A stretch of DNA of 63,536 nucleotides, counting the filler, from Aduncisulcus paluster (Eukaryota): the NCBI GenBank assembly GCA_024181965.1. It is 8 parts of 8 records of this genome, joined end to end, with 100 filler letters (N's around TTAATTAATTAA, not from the genome) between each part and the next. Parts side by side here need not be neighbours in the genome. Positions count along the whole stretch, not along the records: positions 35,095 to 38,140 come from BQXS01011341.1; positions 38,241 to 43,848 come from BQXS01011342.1; positions 43,949 to 49,574 come from BQXS01011343.1; 5 more parts are not named here. One strand, written 5' to 3'. Both the position numbers and the translations under genes were made by a program. Under the pieces are notes generated by a model that did no database searches, was not told the origin of the DNA, and worked only from the letters and a program-made list of their open reading frames with translations. Positions 36,810-49,674 of this stretch are shown one piece after another (within the stretch, counting starts at the first letter, position 1; every line of letters begins with the position of its first letter).

Positions 36810-37166
36810 TCTTTCTATTAAAATCGCAAAAGAAAAAAATATAAAAATGGCAAAATATGGTGAATTCGAAAAAAAAGGCCGAAAAAATTCAAAAAGGCGA
36901 TAATTCAATGAATACTCAAAAAAATCCACTTAAAAATTATTTATGTTCAAAATGCCATCATATTTTCCCCATTGCATTTTCAAAAATATTACAGATTTAC
37001 GAAATTGTAAATCAAGCAATATCACGCAGCATCTGCAGTAATTTTATGAAATAATATTATTCTACTTTAAAATACTCGTTTTGATGATCACCAAGCCTAT
37101 TGAAATTATTCGTCCAAAGTTATTTTCCTGCAACTAATTTTATGAGGGTTTTTGACACTTATCCAA

Positions 37167-38140
37167 ATGCCTTATGTATTAACTATGAACAAACAGGGTG
37201 AAAAGTGTTTAGAATCTGTCGATTTTGTCCGTGAAAAAGATCATACTTCTTTTTCTGTTGATTGCGACAAAAAAGATCCATCTCTGGATATTCAAACAGG
37301 AATTGAATTGAATTCAACAGATGTTCTTTGTGAAGAAAGCATTATTGATCTGGATGACGAAGAATGGGACATAGGAAAGGATTTACTTGGAAATGGACCT
37401 TTGGAGCATTTCGAGATCAAAATGGACCAAGAAGAATCTGATGAATGTGAAGAAGAATCAAATGAAAAAGAAGAAAGCGAAGCAAATGGCAAAATAGTCC
37501 AGAAACTCCGCGAAGAAAAGAAGAAATTGATTGAGGAGAAATCTCATGTTTTAATTCAGAATGAAAGACTTGAGGCTTCAATTCTCGAGAAAACGCAAGC
37601 ATTACAATCTTTACAAGAACAATATGATCTCAAGTGTGCCAAATTTGAAGAGTCTAAAGAGAAATTTGAGTTTACCATCCTTGAGTGTCGTGAGGTTATG
37701 AAAGAAGACAAAGAGACATTAAAATCGATTAGAAGCGATTTAGACAAGGAAAGGGCTGTCAACGTAGACGAACGCGAACGTTTCCAGAGAGAGAGAGAGT
37801 TTATAATAGATCGCTTGGATGCTGTTAAAACCCAATGGCTCCAGCAGCTCAATTCAAAAGAAGAACAGTGGACTCATAAGATTGAGTACATGGCCAATAT
37901 TTTGGCCACCCGAGAAGAGCTTCACAAAACAGAACTCGATATGCTTCATAGGAGAACTAAGACCTGGGAAGAAAATAGAAAACAAGAAGACAAGAAAAGG
38001 AAAGAAGAAGAGAAGAAAAGAGTCGCGGAAGAAGAAGATCGTACTAGAAAAGAAGAAGAAAGAGGAAGAGAAGCGAAAGAATGGGATCGTATTCGAAAAG
38101 AAATGGAAATGAAATTGATTGAAGAAGAGCGAAAAAGGAA
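37167..38140 (+). CDS. Uncharacterised acidic coiled-coil protein; 3' truncated
   Basis: Long E/K/R-rich heptad ORF running into the linker. Confidence 0.65.
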
Positions 38141-38241
38141 NNNNNNNNNNNNNNNNNNNNNNNNNNNNNNNNNNNNNNNNNNNNTTAATTAATTAANNNN
38201 NNNNNNNNNNNNNNNNNNNNNNNNNNNNNNNNNNNNNNNNG

Positions 38242-41200
38242 TCCAAGACATGTGGTTGCTCTTCCGTTGTCCCTCCTTCGTCTTCTTCTTCCGCTCTTGC
38301 CCTTCCTTCCTGCTCTTCCCCTGAAGCCCTTATTCACTGGTCCTTTACTCCCCCTACTCGTGTGACCTTCAAGCATGTATGGGAGTACCTGCCTTCATTG
38401 AGAGAGATTGAAGAGAAGAGAGAGCGTAGAAGGGAATATAGAGAGATGAAACGAAGGAAAGAGGCTTGGGAAAAACACCAGTCTGGTTCTTGCGATTCAT
38501 CACACTGCTCGTACTGCTTCCACAGCTTGGCTAACCCTTCTGTAGCTCCTCCAAACACTATATCATACATTGAGGAACGGTGTATATGTCGAGTGACGAG
38601 TGGGGATGCCGATGTGTGTGGATGTTGTAACTTTAATCAGAATATCTCACCCATATACTCTGTTCTATTCTTCAAACTCCTTGTACCAGAGACCAACACA
38701 GTCACACGTGGCCTAATCATCAATATTCCCCGTGACAGTAGTGGAGCCAAGCCCTATGGTTTCATAAAGAGTGAAGAAGGTCATTTCTTCTTCTTCCACC
38801 ATTCTCAATGTCTACAGCCTGAGGATGTCCTCAATTTCAACATATCCTCTGCTTCATCCACTGACACCGATGACCAGATGATTATCCACAAAGAAGGCCT
38901 TCGATCATCAGTTCCTTCATCACTGCAGTCAGCGGTTGCAAGCATTAGAAGCTCTTCTTCAGCCGTGTCAAGTCCATCTGATATTGGAGTCGTACCTACA
39001 TCATCCAGACTCTCCCCATCATCTTTTTCTGGGAAGAACTCGTTCTCACCGACTCAATCTCACTCAAGTTCATTTGCTATGATCCCTCACTCATCATCTG
39101 ATACGTCATATCCGTCATCTATGTTGTCAGATCCCGATACTTCCCTTTTTAACTTAAAAAAGATCCAGAGTATGAATAGTTCGGCATGTACTGTTGCAGC
39201 AGCTTCTATAACCGCCGCCACGCTACCTCCAAACCCCTCTGACCTTGAATTCAAGATAGCAGCCCTCAATTCACTCCAAGCAGCAGCTCTCGCTTCCTTC
39301 ACGAGTCGCTATTGCCCAATCCCGACCTCCTGTGAGTGTGTTGATTGCTCGTGTACATACATACCTTCATATTCGTCCTCTCCCTTCGACGTTGGAGACT
39401 GGGTTGAGTTCACGAGTCATGTCAGTCTTAGTTACAATGGGTCCTCCAAGCCACAATGCAAGAATGTGAGACGTCTCGGAAGGACCAGATTAGTCTGTGG
39501 AAGGGTGCAAGAAAGAGATGGGAATGTACTGGTGATGTCAGTTGCTCGTGCATTCCCATTGTATCGATGTGGGGGAGTTATTAGAGCTCTCTATGATAAG
39601 ATAAAAGAGGAAGTCGAGAGTTTAAGAGAAGTGAGTGTACATTCAACACACGTCGCTTCAGTTTCTTCCTCTCAATTCCCCACTACCCATGATGACAGTG
39701 CTATGATCAATCATATCTCTGAGTCTATGCTTCAAGCTCCTGATGCACAACCCATATCCCACCATTCTTCATCTCCTTCGTATGATGACAGTGAGAATGG
39801 TGATCAAATACAACTTGGAAGCAGCGATAGAGGGGTATTGGATGTAAACCATCTATCGCGGGTATACAGAGAGACAAACAACAAGCGTGCACGTGCCCGT
39901 AACAAGGAGATTCTCCGGTTACTCAATCTAGGTCTCCTCAAACGTCCCATGTACCACTCATCCTCCGCCCGTGGGTGCGATATTGTTCTCTTATCCTCCA
40001 TTCCACCCTCTGTCACACATCCAAGAGCTGGTTTATTCACCATAAAACCCTCTGTTGGTGTGCTTGGGGTGAAAGGAATGCCTGTCCGTGCATTCTTGGT
40101 TGGGAATGCCGATAAGCAAGGAGCTCGTCAAGTCCCATGCGGATATTATGCTCTTGATCTTCCTATTCGAGGCACTGTTGATCGAGCCATGTGTTCCGAT
40201 GACTTTATTGACTCTCTGATTAGTGTCGTGTCCTCCCAAGACCAGTGGAAAGAAAGAATCGATGAAATGCTCAAAGAACAACGCTCTCAAAGGTACTCAC
40301 AAACTCACAAAGATTTTCTTGCAAGAAGCCTCTTCCTTCCTCGCTTGTTTGGAACATTTTCCCTCTCAGAACAGAGTCAACGTTTGTATGATGAGATTAA
40401 ACATCTTGCCAACACTGTCTGTGAATGTGATTTGAGCTGTGGAGGCCTTATGGGACTGCTTGACGGGCAGAAGAAGAAGCATCTTGCTGGAATCGATGCA
40501 CAAGACGATGCTTCGTCTCCATCGCAGTTTCTCCGTTTGGATTCAACTGAGGAATCAAATCCCACGACTGTTTATAAAGTGAGTGAAACCGGCCAACTGA
40601 TTCCATCAACCCTGAAAATGACTCCCAAGGACGGTCCCAGTGACTCCCTATTGTGTCTATCGATTCCACAGTGTGTTATTGGAGAGACGATTGAAGGGGA
40701 AGAAGGAGAAGACGAAGGGTTCCAGATGCTTGGTGTGTGTGGCAGTGGGGATATCAGTGGCGGCCAGGATAAGAAAGGAAGGAGCGGGAGAAGTGGTGAT
40801 CAAAAGGATATAGATCAGGCTTTTTCTGCTTTCACCATGCCAAACACTGATGATGTCGACACTTCAGGACCCTCCCATGCTCAGGGAGGACGTCGAAGGG
40901 CACATAGCATGCGAGAGCGTACTAGAGGCGAAAGAATGCTTGCCAGTGCAAGTTCAGTGTCTGTGGATGTTGTTAAACCAGAAGATATTCGACCTGACAC
41001 CACAACACGAAAAAGGTCAAAGAGTGGGTACGATCAGAGTGTTTCATACACGTCTGGCTCTTCCGATAAAGACACCGATCTAAAGCTTCCTGATCCCTCA
41101 TCTCTTGTCAATTCATCCACTTATTCTGCTGTCCATAGCCAATCTCTGAGTGTTCTGACATTCCTTTCTCCTCTATCCTTCATATCTCCCGCTGGGTTCT

Positions 41201-43848
41201 GCGTGAACGAAGCCATGGCTGTGTGTGGAATGTGGAGTGACACACTTGAGATTCAAGGAGGTCAGCGACTTCAGCTTGACGTTTCTCCTTCTTATTCTTC
41301 TGAAAGATACAAAGATATCTCTTCACTCGTTCACTCTGTCTGTGTGAAATGTGGTTACACTATGCATAGGAATGATCAAAGATGTGCAAAATGTGGTCTA
41401 AAAATAGATACAGGGTATGTATCTACAAGTATTTATGCTAGATCTGACTGCAGTTCTTCCTCTCTCTACCGTTCTAGTGAAGAATCTGGTGTCTTTTCTG
41501 ACCATGATCGTTCTACTATATGCGAAGAAGAATTCACATTTCCTCCTCTATTCCCTCCACCACAGACAACAACAGCCTTCTCTCCTCCCGTAGTTCCCAC
41601 TCCAGCCTTCTCTACGTACATGCATGTGGCTTTACCGTCATTTACGACGTTTTACCACGATTTAGAGCATGTTCAACGTGGTCATATCCAATATAAACCC
41701 ACATATCTTGCCCCGAGAGATGTGTGCAGCCCAGGATCTGGTGGTGGTATCACATGTGGTGGTCTACATACCGTCAGTGAAGTCAATGTTGATAACATGT
41801 CTGCTGCTCCCAATAACATGTCTGCTGACCTTTTGATTGAACACGAGTTCACGAAAGAGGAAGCCAAACCCTCATCAATCGATGAAGAGGAGGAGGAAAT
41901 TGATACAGCTGGAACGGATGGGAAAGATATCTCGATCATTGAGGATGATATTGTTGTTGATTCCAAAATGTCCACTCAACCTGACACAACTCAAGACCAT
42001 TCCAAACGATCTGACTCTGGGTCGAAAGAAAAGAAGAAGAAGAAAAAGAAGAAGAGGCAGAGAGATGCCGATGCGTCACCACCTGCTCAGTGTACTCATT
42101 CTGAACTCTCAACCTCCATCGAGGATGATCGTCAGCTGATGATCGAGGGGGATCGGGAACGAGATCTCATAGAACAGTCGGGATCATTAGTTCAGAAAAG
42201 AATAGAGAAGAGAGAAAGACGGAAAAGAAAGTCTGAAAAGCTTGCCGAAGCTGGAATTAAATATGAAAATACAATCCTAAATCGTCACAATCCTTTTGCC
42301 AATTTCCACGCCTCTTCCTCTTCACTTCTTTCTCTTCCTTCCAGTACTTTCTTCAACTCATGCAATCTTCCTTCAAACTCCCCATTTTCCATTACCCCTG
42401 CCTCTTTCTCGGCCTCCACTCTCCTTTTCTCTGCCCATCGTTGGGTCTGGACAAACATTGGCACCACGAACAACCCACAAGGTAGTGATGGCTCCATGTT
42501 AATGCCTGGAATCAACAATCCACACCCCGTTAACCCAGATGCCGACGTTGGAAGCACCATGAACGGAGATTCCATGTCCATTCCCATGACATCGATTGAT
42601 ATAGTGATGTCAGAAGCTGCCCTTCGTCCTTCTCTTGGTCTACACACTGTGTGTGGAATCGTTGGCAGATTGGAACGTTGTGTTATGGGCGTCGGAGAGA
42701 ATGTTGTTATCGAGAAACTCAATCAGCAAGACGAATGCATTCGCGAAGTTGATGCTCACGTGATGAAGCTAGTCCGTGAATATGTAGATAAGAAGAAAGG
42801 ATCTGATTCTTCTTCACCGCCTTCTTTGAACAAATTGTATTCATTATTCCGTCGTAACAAGGATAAATTGATGCTCAAGCGTTCCAGTCGACATCTCTTC
42901 CTTCCTCTTGTCCCTGTCTCCCTCAAACGAGTCAAATATGTCCAAAGCGCTCTTCGTGTCGGTGTCTGGGAGTGCATCGGTGATGCTGTAGTTGATGAAA
43001 GGGAGGGTTGGAAGTATCAGTGGAACGGATATGGAGGCATTGTTGAGAGTCCAGACGAGAAGGAACATAGTGAAACAAAGAGAGCCAGAAAAAAGATAAA
43101 GATGACCCCAAAGAGCTCCCATATTCCACGTCCAGCTCCAAAGAGTGACCATGTTGAGGATGAATCTCTGGCTGGTTTGTTACAGGAGGTTAAATCTGAG
43201 GAATCGAATAAGGAATCTCAATCCACGCCTTCGTCTTCTTCTCAGCTTGGAAATGGCACCAAGAGTCAAGAATCTGCCCTGAGCAAATCTGGTTCGACTT
43301 TGAAACTCCCTGATCCCTCTATCTGTGATCCTTATCTGATCCCCCCCCCACTTCCTCTTTTCCCTTCAAACCGTCTGGTTGGAGTTGTTCGATACCACAT
43401 TCCTTCATTGAACATTGCTTTCATTGTCTGGTGCGATGAAGAAGAACGGGAACTTGGTGACCCTCACTCCTCTCCTCTGTCTCCCCCTATGCACTGTGAT
43501 CGCACTGTGTTATGGCCGAACGTGTATGGCTGTCTTGGTATTCGCGGGGGAGGTGGTGTGTTTAGTTCTCTCGGGGAAGTGAGACGAGATATGGGAGGTC
43601 GTCCAAGGTCAGACAAAGAGCTTGAGGAATTGGAAGGATCATTAGTGGATCACCTCAGTGAACTCAAAGAAAGCGCAGGTACCAACAAGAAGAAATTTGA
43701 AGATATAGGTTCATGTATTCTCTCCCAAACTTATGATTGTCTGCACTCCCCTGTATCAAAATCATCGTCATTTGCTGGTTCTTCTTCAACAACTCCTCTT
43801 TTATCTCCATTCCAGCCCCCAACAAACACTGTCGAAACCGGAGATGGA
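38242..43848 (+). CDS. Large low-complexity protein fragment (both ends truncated) with a cold-shock/OB-fold-like domain and a zinc ribbon
   Basis: KPYGFIKSEEGHFFFFHHSQ (RNP1/RNP2-like), FDVGDWVEF...KPQCKNVRRL, and CVKCG-x8-CAKCG at about 41341-41397. Confidence 0.65.
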
Positions 43849-44048
43849 NNNNNNNNNNNNNNNNNNNNNNNNNNNNNNNNNNNNNNNNNNNNTTAATTAA
43901 TTAANNNNNNNNNNNNNNNNNNNNNNNNNNNNNNNNNNNNNNNNNNNNATTCGAATTTTTAGGGAAAAATAGAACAATATTAAGTAAATTTTATTGGGCC
44001 GTACTTTGCCAGACCGAATTCAAGCTTTTCTTGATCCATACTAACATA

Positions 44049-45059
44049 ATGACAGACTCAGATGATCATCCCTTAACGAATACTGCAATGATACTCACTC
44101 CAGTTTCTATCGTACTTTCAATTGTGGTGTTAAGCATTGTAATATCTGTTTTTCGTAAAATCAGGAAAAGAGCTATTTCTCTCAATATATACAATGATTC
44201 AAGTGCTTCCTTACTCATTGAGCGCTTTATTTTTTTCTTATATGTCACGTTGATACTCATACCAATTACTACTATCCTCGAAAGAGGGACCTCTTATTTC
44301 TCATTGGCTGCAAAAAAAGGTGAAACTGACGATGAAACATACGATAACCAACTCCACCTTTTTTATGTACTAACTATTCCTTTCTCTGGAATCAATGAAT
44401 GTGCTGTTCAACTCATGCTTATCATTTTGTTGTTTCTGACTGCCCTCATGTCCAATTCATATACAACTCTGTTGAATTATGGAAAAGGAGAATCAAAATC
44501 TCGTAATTCAGCTAAAATTGCCAAGAACGCCTGTTTTTGTGTGACCCTTGTGTCTGCTCTCGTATTATTGGTAAATTTTGTTCTTGAAATAGTTTGCATC
44601 ATTGAGTATAATGATAGTTTTCCCCGTGAAGCTTACAATACGATTGTTGTGTTCATGCCTGCCATCTTAGATTTTGCCTTAGCCTTTGGTTTCTTCTGTT
44701 TACTCATTGACTGCGCCATTAAGCAAATTAAAATGTCGAGGATAATGAAAGAAATGGGAGAAAAACCGACAAATAGAATGACTGTTTTAATTTTAATTGG
44801 TACTTTGAATTTAATTGTTTTCTTGATTAACGCTATTGTTCTTATTACTGGTGGTACAATTGATGATCCTGATTCTGGATCAGATTCTGATGATGGAATT
44901 CCTCCATTTGTCTTCGTTTTTTCTGAAGACGTGTTATTGTTGCTTGTGGTTCTCTTAAATTGTTTCACTTTTCAGAAGAAGACATCTCAGAAGAAGCTCT
45001 CGAGAAAAACACCCCAAATGAAGAAAAATTTGATCAAATCGCATGGAGAAATTGTTTAA
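44049..45059 (+). CDS. Seven-transmembrane protein (GPCR-like topology; possibly TOM1/THH1/GPR137-like)
   Basis: Seven hydrophobic ~22-aa segments, short N-terminus, basic C-tail; TM7 contains 'FVFSEDVLLLLVV'. Confidence 0.6.
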   Translation: MTDSDDHPLTNTAMILTPVSIVLSIVVLSIVISVFRKIRKRAISLNIYNDSSASLLIERFIFFLYVTLILIPITTILERGTSYFSLAAKKGETDDETYDNQLHLFYVLTIPFSGINECAVQLMLIILLFLTALMSNSYTTLLNYGKGESKSRNSAKIAKNACFCVTLVSALVLLVNFVLEIVCIIEYNDSFPREAYNTIVVFMPAILDFALAFGFFCLLIDCAIKQIKMSRIMKEMGEKPTNRMTVLILIGTLNLIVFLINAIVLITGGTIDDPDSGSDSDDGIPPFVFVFSEDVLLLLVVLLNCFTFQKKTSQKKLSRKTPQMKKNLIKSHGEIV

Positions 45060-45340
45060 TTATCAATTATGGTAATATTTCGTTTGTCTCTGATAATTTT
45101 AACTCAGTTAAATATAAGGGATGACTCATCCAGATATTCGAAATATCAAATTGGAGTAAAGTAAATAGGACTTATGCTGAAAAACACGTTTTATAAAAAG
45201 AAAAAAGATAATAACATAAATATTACCCATCAAAACTATGTGATTTAAAATCAAATCAACAAAACATTAGAACATCGAGAATTTTACTATTGAAAATAGA
45301 AATTAAATTCCGGGATATTAAATCTGACAGAGGAAGTAGA

Positions 45341-45607
45341 TTACTTGGCACGAGCTCTCATAGCTCTCCTCTTTCTCTTCAGCTTCCTCATTCTCTTCTT
45401 ACGCCACCTACAATCATTTCAAATTTGAAGAGAGATCATCGAGAAAAATATAAAAGTAAACCAATAATATGACAAGTTAACATTTGGAATTAACAAGATT
45501 GATGGAAGGATTCATTTGGACAGGATGAAAGAATGAAAAAAAAGTAAGTAATTTTCATAAATAAGAAAACAAGGAAAAAAGAAAAAGAATACAAACTTTT
45601 CACGCAT
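45341..45607 (-). CDS. RPL41: 60S ribosomal protein eL41; exons 45607-45597 and 45407-45341, 189-nt intron
   Basis: ATGCGTGAAAA|GTTTGT...TGTAG|GTGGCGTAAG... translates to MREKWRKKRMRKLKRKRRAMRARAK* (25 aa), the eL41 consensus. Not in the ORF track. Confidence 0.95.
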
Positions 45608-46121
45608 TTTAACAAAGATTAATGGTCAAAAAGAAGAAAACAGATGAAAGATTGAAAGTTACTATTTTCGTCATGCTGAGAAAATATTCTATCTCCAGCA
45701 ATACTTTATATATTATCTATTAAAATAGAATCCATGAATTATTAGTTAATTTCTTATCATTATTCAAAATGGGTTTTATTTTAATGTTTGAAATTAGAGA
45801 AAAATAGAAAACTTTCGATTCATATACATAGAGTCGTATAAACCCAAGTACATCGCTCATTATCTTTTGATCTCATTTCATGGATTCTTATTAACGATCA
45901 AGATTCGTCATTCAACTTGAAAATTGAAGAACTACAGATTGACGCCGTTAATGTAAGAAAATATTGTTTTATTGCTGTAAAACGAGTATAATATCAAGTA
46001 AAAATCATTATACTGGCCCATATTAGATAAAATACTTATCGATAATAGATTATCAAAAATAGATTTCGAAAATGTAATATTAACCGACATCTTCTATTAT
46101 AGAAGTTCTATACTCTGAATC

Positions 46122-48428
46122 TCAGTCTGAGATTGATGATTCCTCAGACAAATCAGATATGGGTGATTTAGGTATAACCGGGAAAAACTCAACAATACAT
46201 TGTAGATTTTTCGGAGAATGACATAACTTATGTGAAGACTTACCAACTGCTCCAATAGAGTGCTCTTCGACTTGGGATTCCTTCTCAACACTTACAGGCA
46301 GAGAGATCTCAGACCGTTTTTTCAAGGGACCAGATTGGAGCGCATCCTGAGAACTTCTCATCTTTCCTGCTTGTTTACATCTTGGAACTTCTGGATTAAT
46401 CATATTCCAATGATATTTCAGAGTACTATAACGTGCAGCAGTCTCATTTTTCAGACTTGAACGTTGAGGGGTCAGAATAAGTCCATAAGCAGAGAAAAAT
46501 CTTTCCACTTCGGCCCCAGACAGAGAAATAGTAAGTAGAGGCTCCACAAATTTGAATGAAGCGTCATGCTTTTTCCAATAGTCGTAATATTTCTCTCTCT
46601 TTTCATCAATGTTCAAACGTGATAAATCAAGAACATCTTCTTGAGCATAAGAAGTGAGTTCAAACTTAAGGTCCATTTGGCATAAGCCATCCATTCGGTT
46701 ATTGTAGTCATATTTCTTCAAAATAGCAAGCAGTTGTTTTACATTCTTTCTTGGAGAGTGGTCCGGCAAAAATTCCACCACATCTTGGTACAAATCCAAA
46801 GCTTTTCTAATATTTGCCTCTCTCTTCGCATAATTTGGGGGAATAGAATACCCTTCCTTTCGCATCTCATCAATATTGAAAAGGAGACAATGAATATCTT
46901 TGATTGCAAAATCGACTTCTCTTCCCTGTACACAAATAACAGCTCTTTCAAGAGTAATAAAGAAAACCGACATTTTTTTCAATTTTTTCCTATTATCCTC
47001 AGAAAACAATTTTTCCACGACATATTTTTTTTCCTCCTCATCTTTTATATATGTATCACAAAACAACCGATAATTTAGCCATTTAGCAAGAATGTCGAGA
47101 GTGCATTCGACATTTTCCACCCACCGGGTCATACACTTGGTTACAGATTTAATTTGATATTTGGTTAACTTATTTTTGTGATGCATCTGTGCTAAAGATA
47201 TCTTTGTAATGAGCTCCGAAATGAACCGATTCTCTTTAAGTTTCATAAAATCACCCAATAACAAATCTAATTGATGTGCAAGACACCAAACATGGTTGAT
47301 AACTAATGGTGCCTCCTTTGATTTATACTCTTGTAGCCTTTTTCCCACATTCAACATCAGAGCTTCCCCATCAGTAATAATGAATCCAGGTGCAAATGAA
47401 TATTCCTCTATTAATTTTGTAAGTTTAGCAGCTATTTTATCAGCTAGTTTTCTCCCTTCCTTTTGTTTGTCCTTATCCTCTTTATCATTTTGAGATTCCT
47501 TTTTTCTAGAATCCTCTTCAGCTGAGGATTCTACAAGTTTCTCCAGCTCAGATCGATTATCCCAATATTTTAAAAATAAACTCTCAAGACTAATCCCCAT
47601 TGAACAAGCTTTCTTTTGATACAACTCTTTCTTGTCCTTATCTCTTTCAAGAGTTCTAATTTGCCGAGCAATTGCACTTTTCTTTCTTTTTGACTCCTCG
47701 ATCATTTTCTCAACTTTTTTGATATTTTCATTATACTGCTTTCTTGTTATTTTCGTTAAAGTTATTTCTTCCTCATCCTCTAGTCTTTTCTTTTCCTCTT
47801 CAGGGCTCTCTTGAGCCAGAGAGGCAAGAAGGTCAGGATCCAATTTTTCTTCTTCGGGAAGAATATGCGCCAATTTCCTATACTCTTGCTTGGCATTAAC
47901 ACCAATGACCAATCATTGGTAACATGCCACATCTGTATTTAGAACCTTTATCAATGATGAAACTAACACATTGTCCCTCCCACTCTTGACAGAAATCATC
48001 CTCTGGTTTTTTGCTGTCGTTTCTACTATCCTTCTTGTTACAATATTCCCAGTTCCTGCTTTATGCATTAAAGATTGAAACTCCAGTGTCAAAATCTTAC
48101 TGATCATCAGAGGAGAAAGTTCTAACCCAAGTAAATAGCCTATATACCCATCTTTAGCATCGGAAGGAGATATTTCCCCCATCTCAATATATTCGTCAAT
48201 GGTTTTCTGCTCCTGACAAGCGTCATATTTGGAAAGGTGTTGCTCTGACATGAGATGAGAACATAATTTCTTTACAGTCTTCTGGATCGGACAATGACAA
48301 CATCTACATTGCAGATAATAAGATTTTTTTGATTTACATGATTTTTTCTCTTTTTCTATAATGGTTTTTGTCCAATCAAAACTCCATTTAAAAATCTCTT
48401 CAAATTTCTCCTTATCTTGAACATTAAA
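46122..48428 (-). mobile_element. hAT-family transposase (N-terminal zinc finger, DDE core, dimerisation domain) interrupted by one in-frame TGA at 47915-47913
   Basis: CRCCHC...SHLMSEQH finger; IITDGEALM; CLAHQLDL (CxxH); TRW; YWKKH...LLTISLSGAEVERFFS..GLILTPQRSSL. ORFs 47913..48251 and 46122..47912 are in the same frame. No TIRs seen. Confidence 0.85.
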
Positions 48429-49574
48429 TTAAGCAAAATATGCGAATTCGACCACAATGGGAACTTCCGAGCGTTTTATGTGAAATAAAAACATTATACA
48501 TTTGCGGATTAACGAATAAACTTCCTCCTCCACATGCAAACTCGGATGAAACCTGCTCAATTTCCAGAGAGCCATCATGACCAATGACACTCATATCATC
48601 AATTCTTTTCCCGCCAAATCCACCAACATACCCTCCACCACCATCCATTCCGCCACCACAAATTCCACTCAATTTTTGATTCCTTTTCCCACTTGAATTA
48701 GAAGGAGAAAATAGAACTCCATCCTTAATTCCTAATCCATGACCGAAATCAGCATATGAATCTGATTGTCTTGAAAATTCTTTTGAATGTTTTTCTTCTT
48801 TTAATTCCATTCCAGCCATAATGGCAACAGATCTCAAACGGCAAAGTACATAAGAGGGGGAGAGATCATGATATTCCACCGGAGATGATGACAAGGGAGC
48901 ATGAGATGGGAAAAAAGATGATGAGATGGAGCATGCATCGAGCGCAAAGGTCTTCAGAAAAGCGGAAATAGAATCAATGGCATCAGGGAAAGAGCCTTCT
49001 TCTTCAAAAGCTCTGAATTGATCCACAATTGAGAGATGCCCATAATCGCCACATATTTTTCCTCCAACATTGGGAGGTAGAAAAGTAATGGGGGTGGATA
49101 TATGAGAATATTTACGCTTATCCGAATTATTCAAGCCACCTCCTCCAGCACATAGAAGCAATGAGATGTTTGTTTGAGTCTCAAATGTTGCAGCAACCGA
49201 CAAACCTGAACAATCTTTGGAAGATAGAGCGTGATCTTTGGAAGAATGCTTGGACACAAATGATTTTGATTTTTTGGAGGGAAATCCATGATCTTCATGC
49301 AAAAGTCCAACATACGAACCACCTCCACCATTTTCCATGGCACCATACCCTCCCCGTAACAATATAAGCTTTGAATCACGCTGCAGCCTTGTACAGGCTC
49401 GGACCATACTTCCCACATTCTGCCCGCTATCCCCACCCTCCACAACGAACATGTAAATACCACTATTCTTGATATCAAGGATAAATGGAGATTCTTGACC
49501 ATAGTCAACCATTGAGGAAGTATCAAATAATGGTATCATCTTCGAAAATCCATTTCCAGGAAGAAATAAGGCCT
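48424..49574 (-). CDS. Glycine-rich domain protein (ALK/LTK glycine-rich-domain-like), C-terminal part; 5' truncated
   Basis: SGIYMFVVEGGDSG...L....KLILLRGG.G...GGGGSYV...LLCAGGGG...GGGYVGG...GGGSLFVNP...G.I.I pattern. Confidence 0.55.
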
Positions 49575-49674
49575 NNNNNNNNNNNNNNNNNNNNNNNNNN
49601 NNNNNNNNNNNNNNNNNNTTAATTAATTAANNNNNNNNNNNNNNNNNNNNNNNNNNNNNNNNNNNNNNNNNNNN

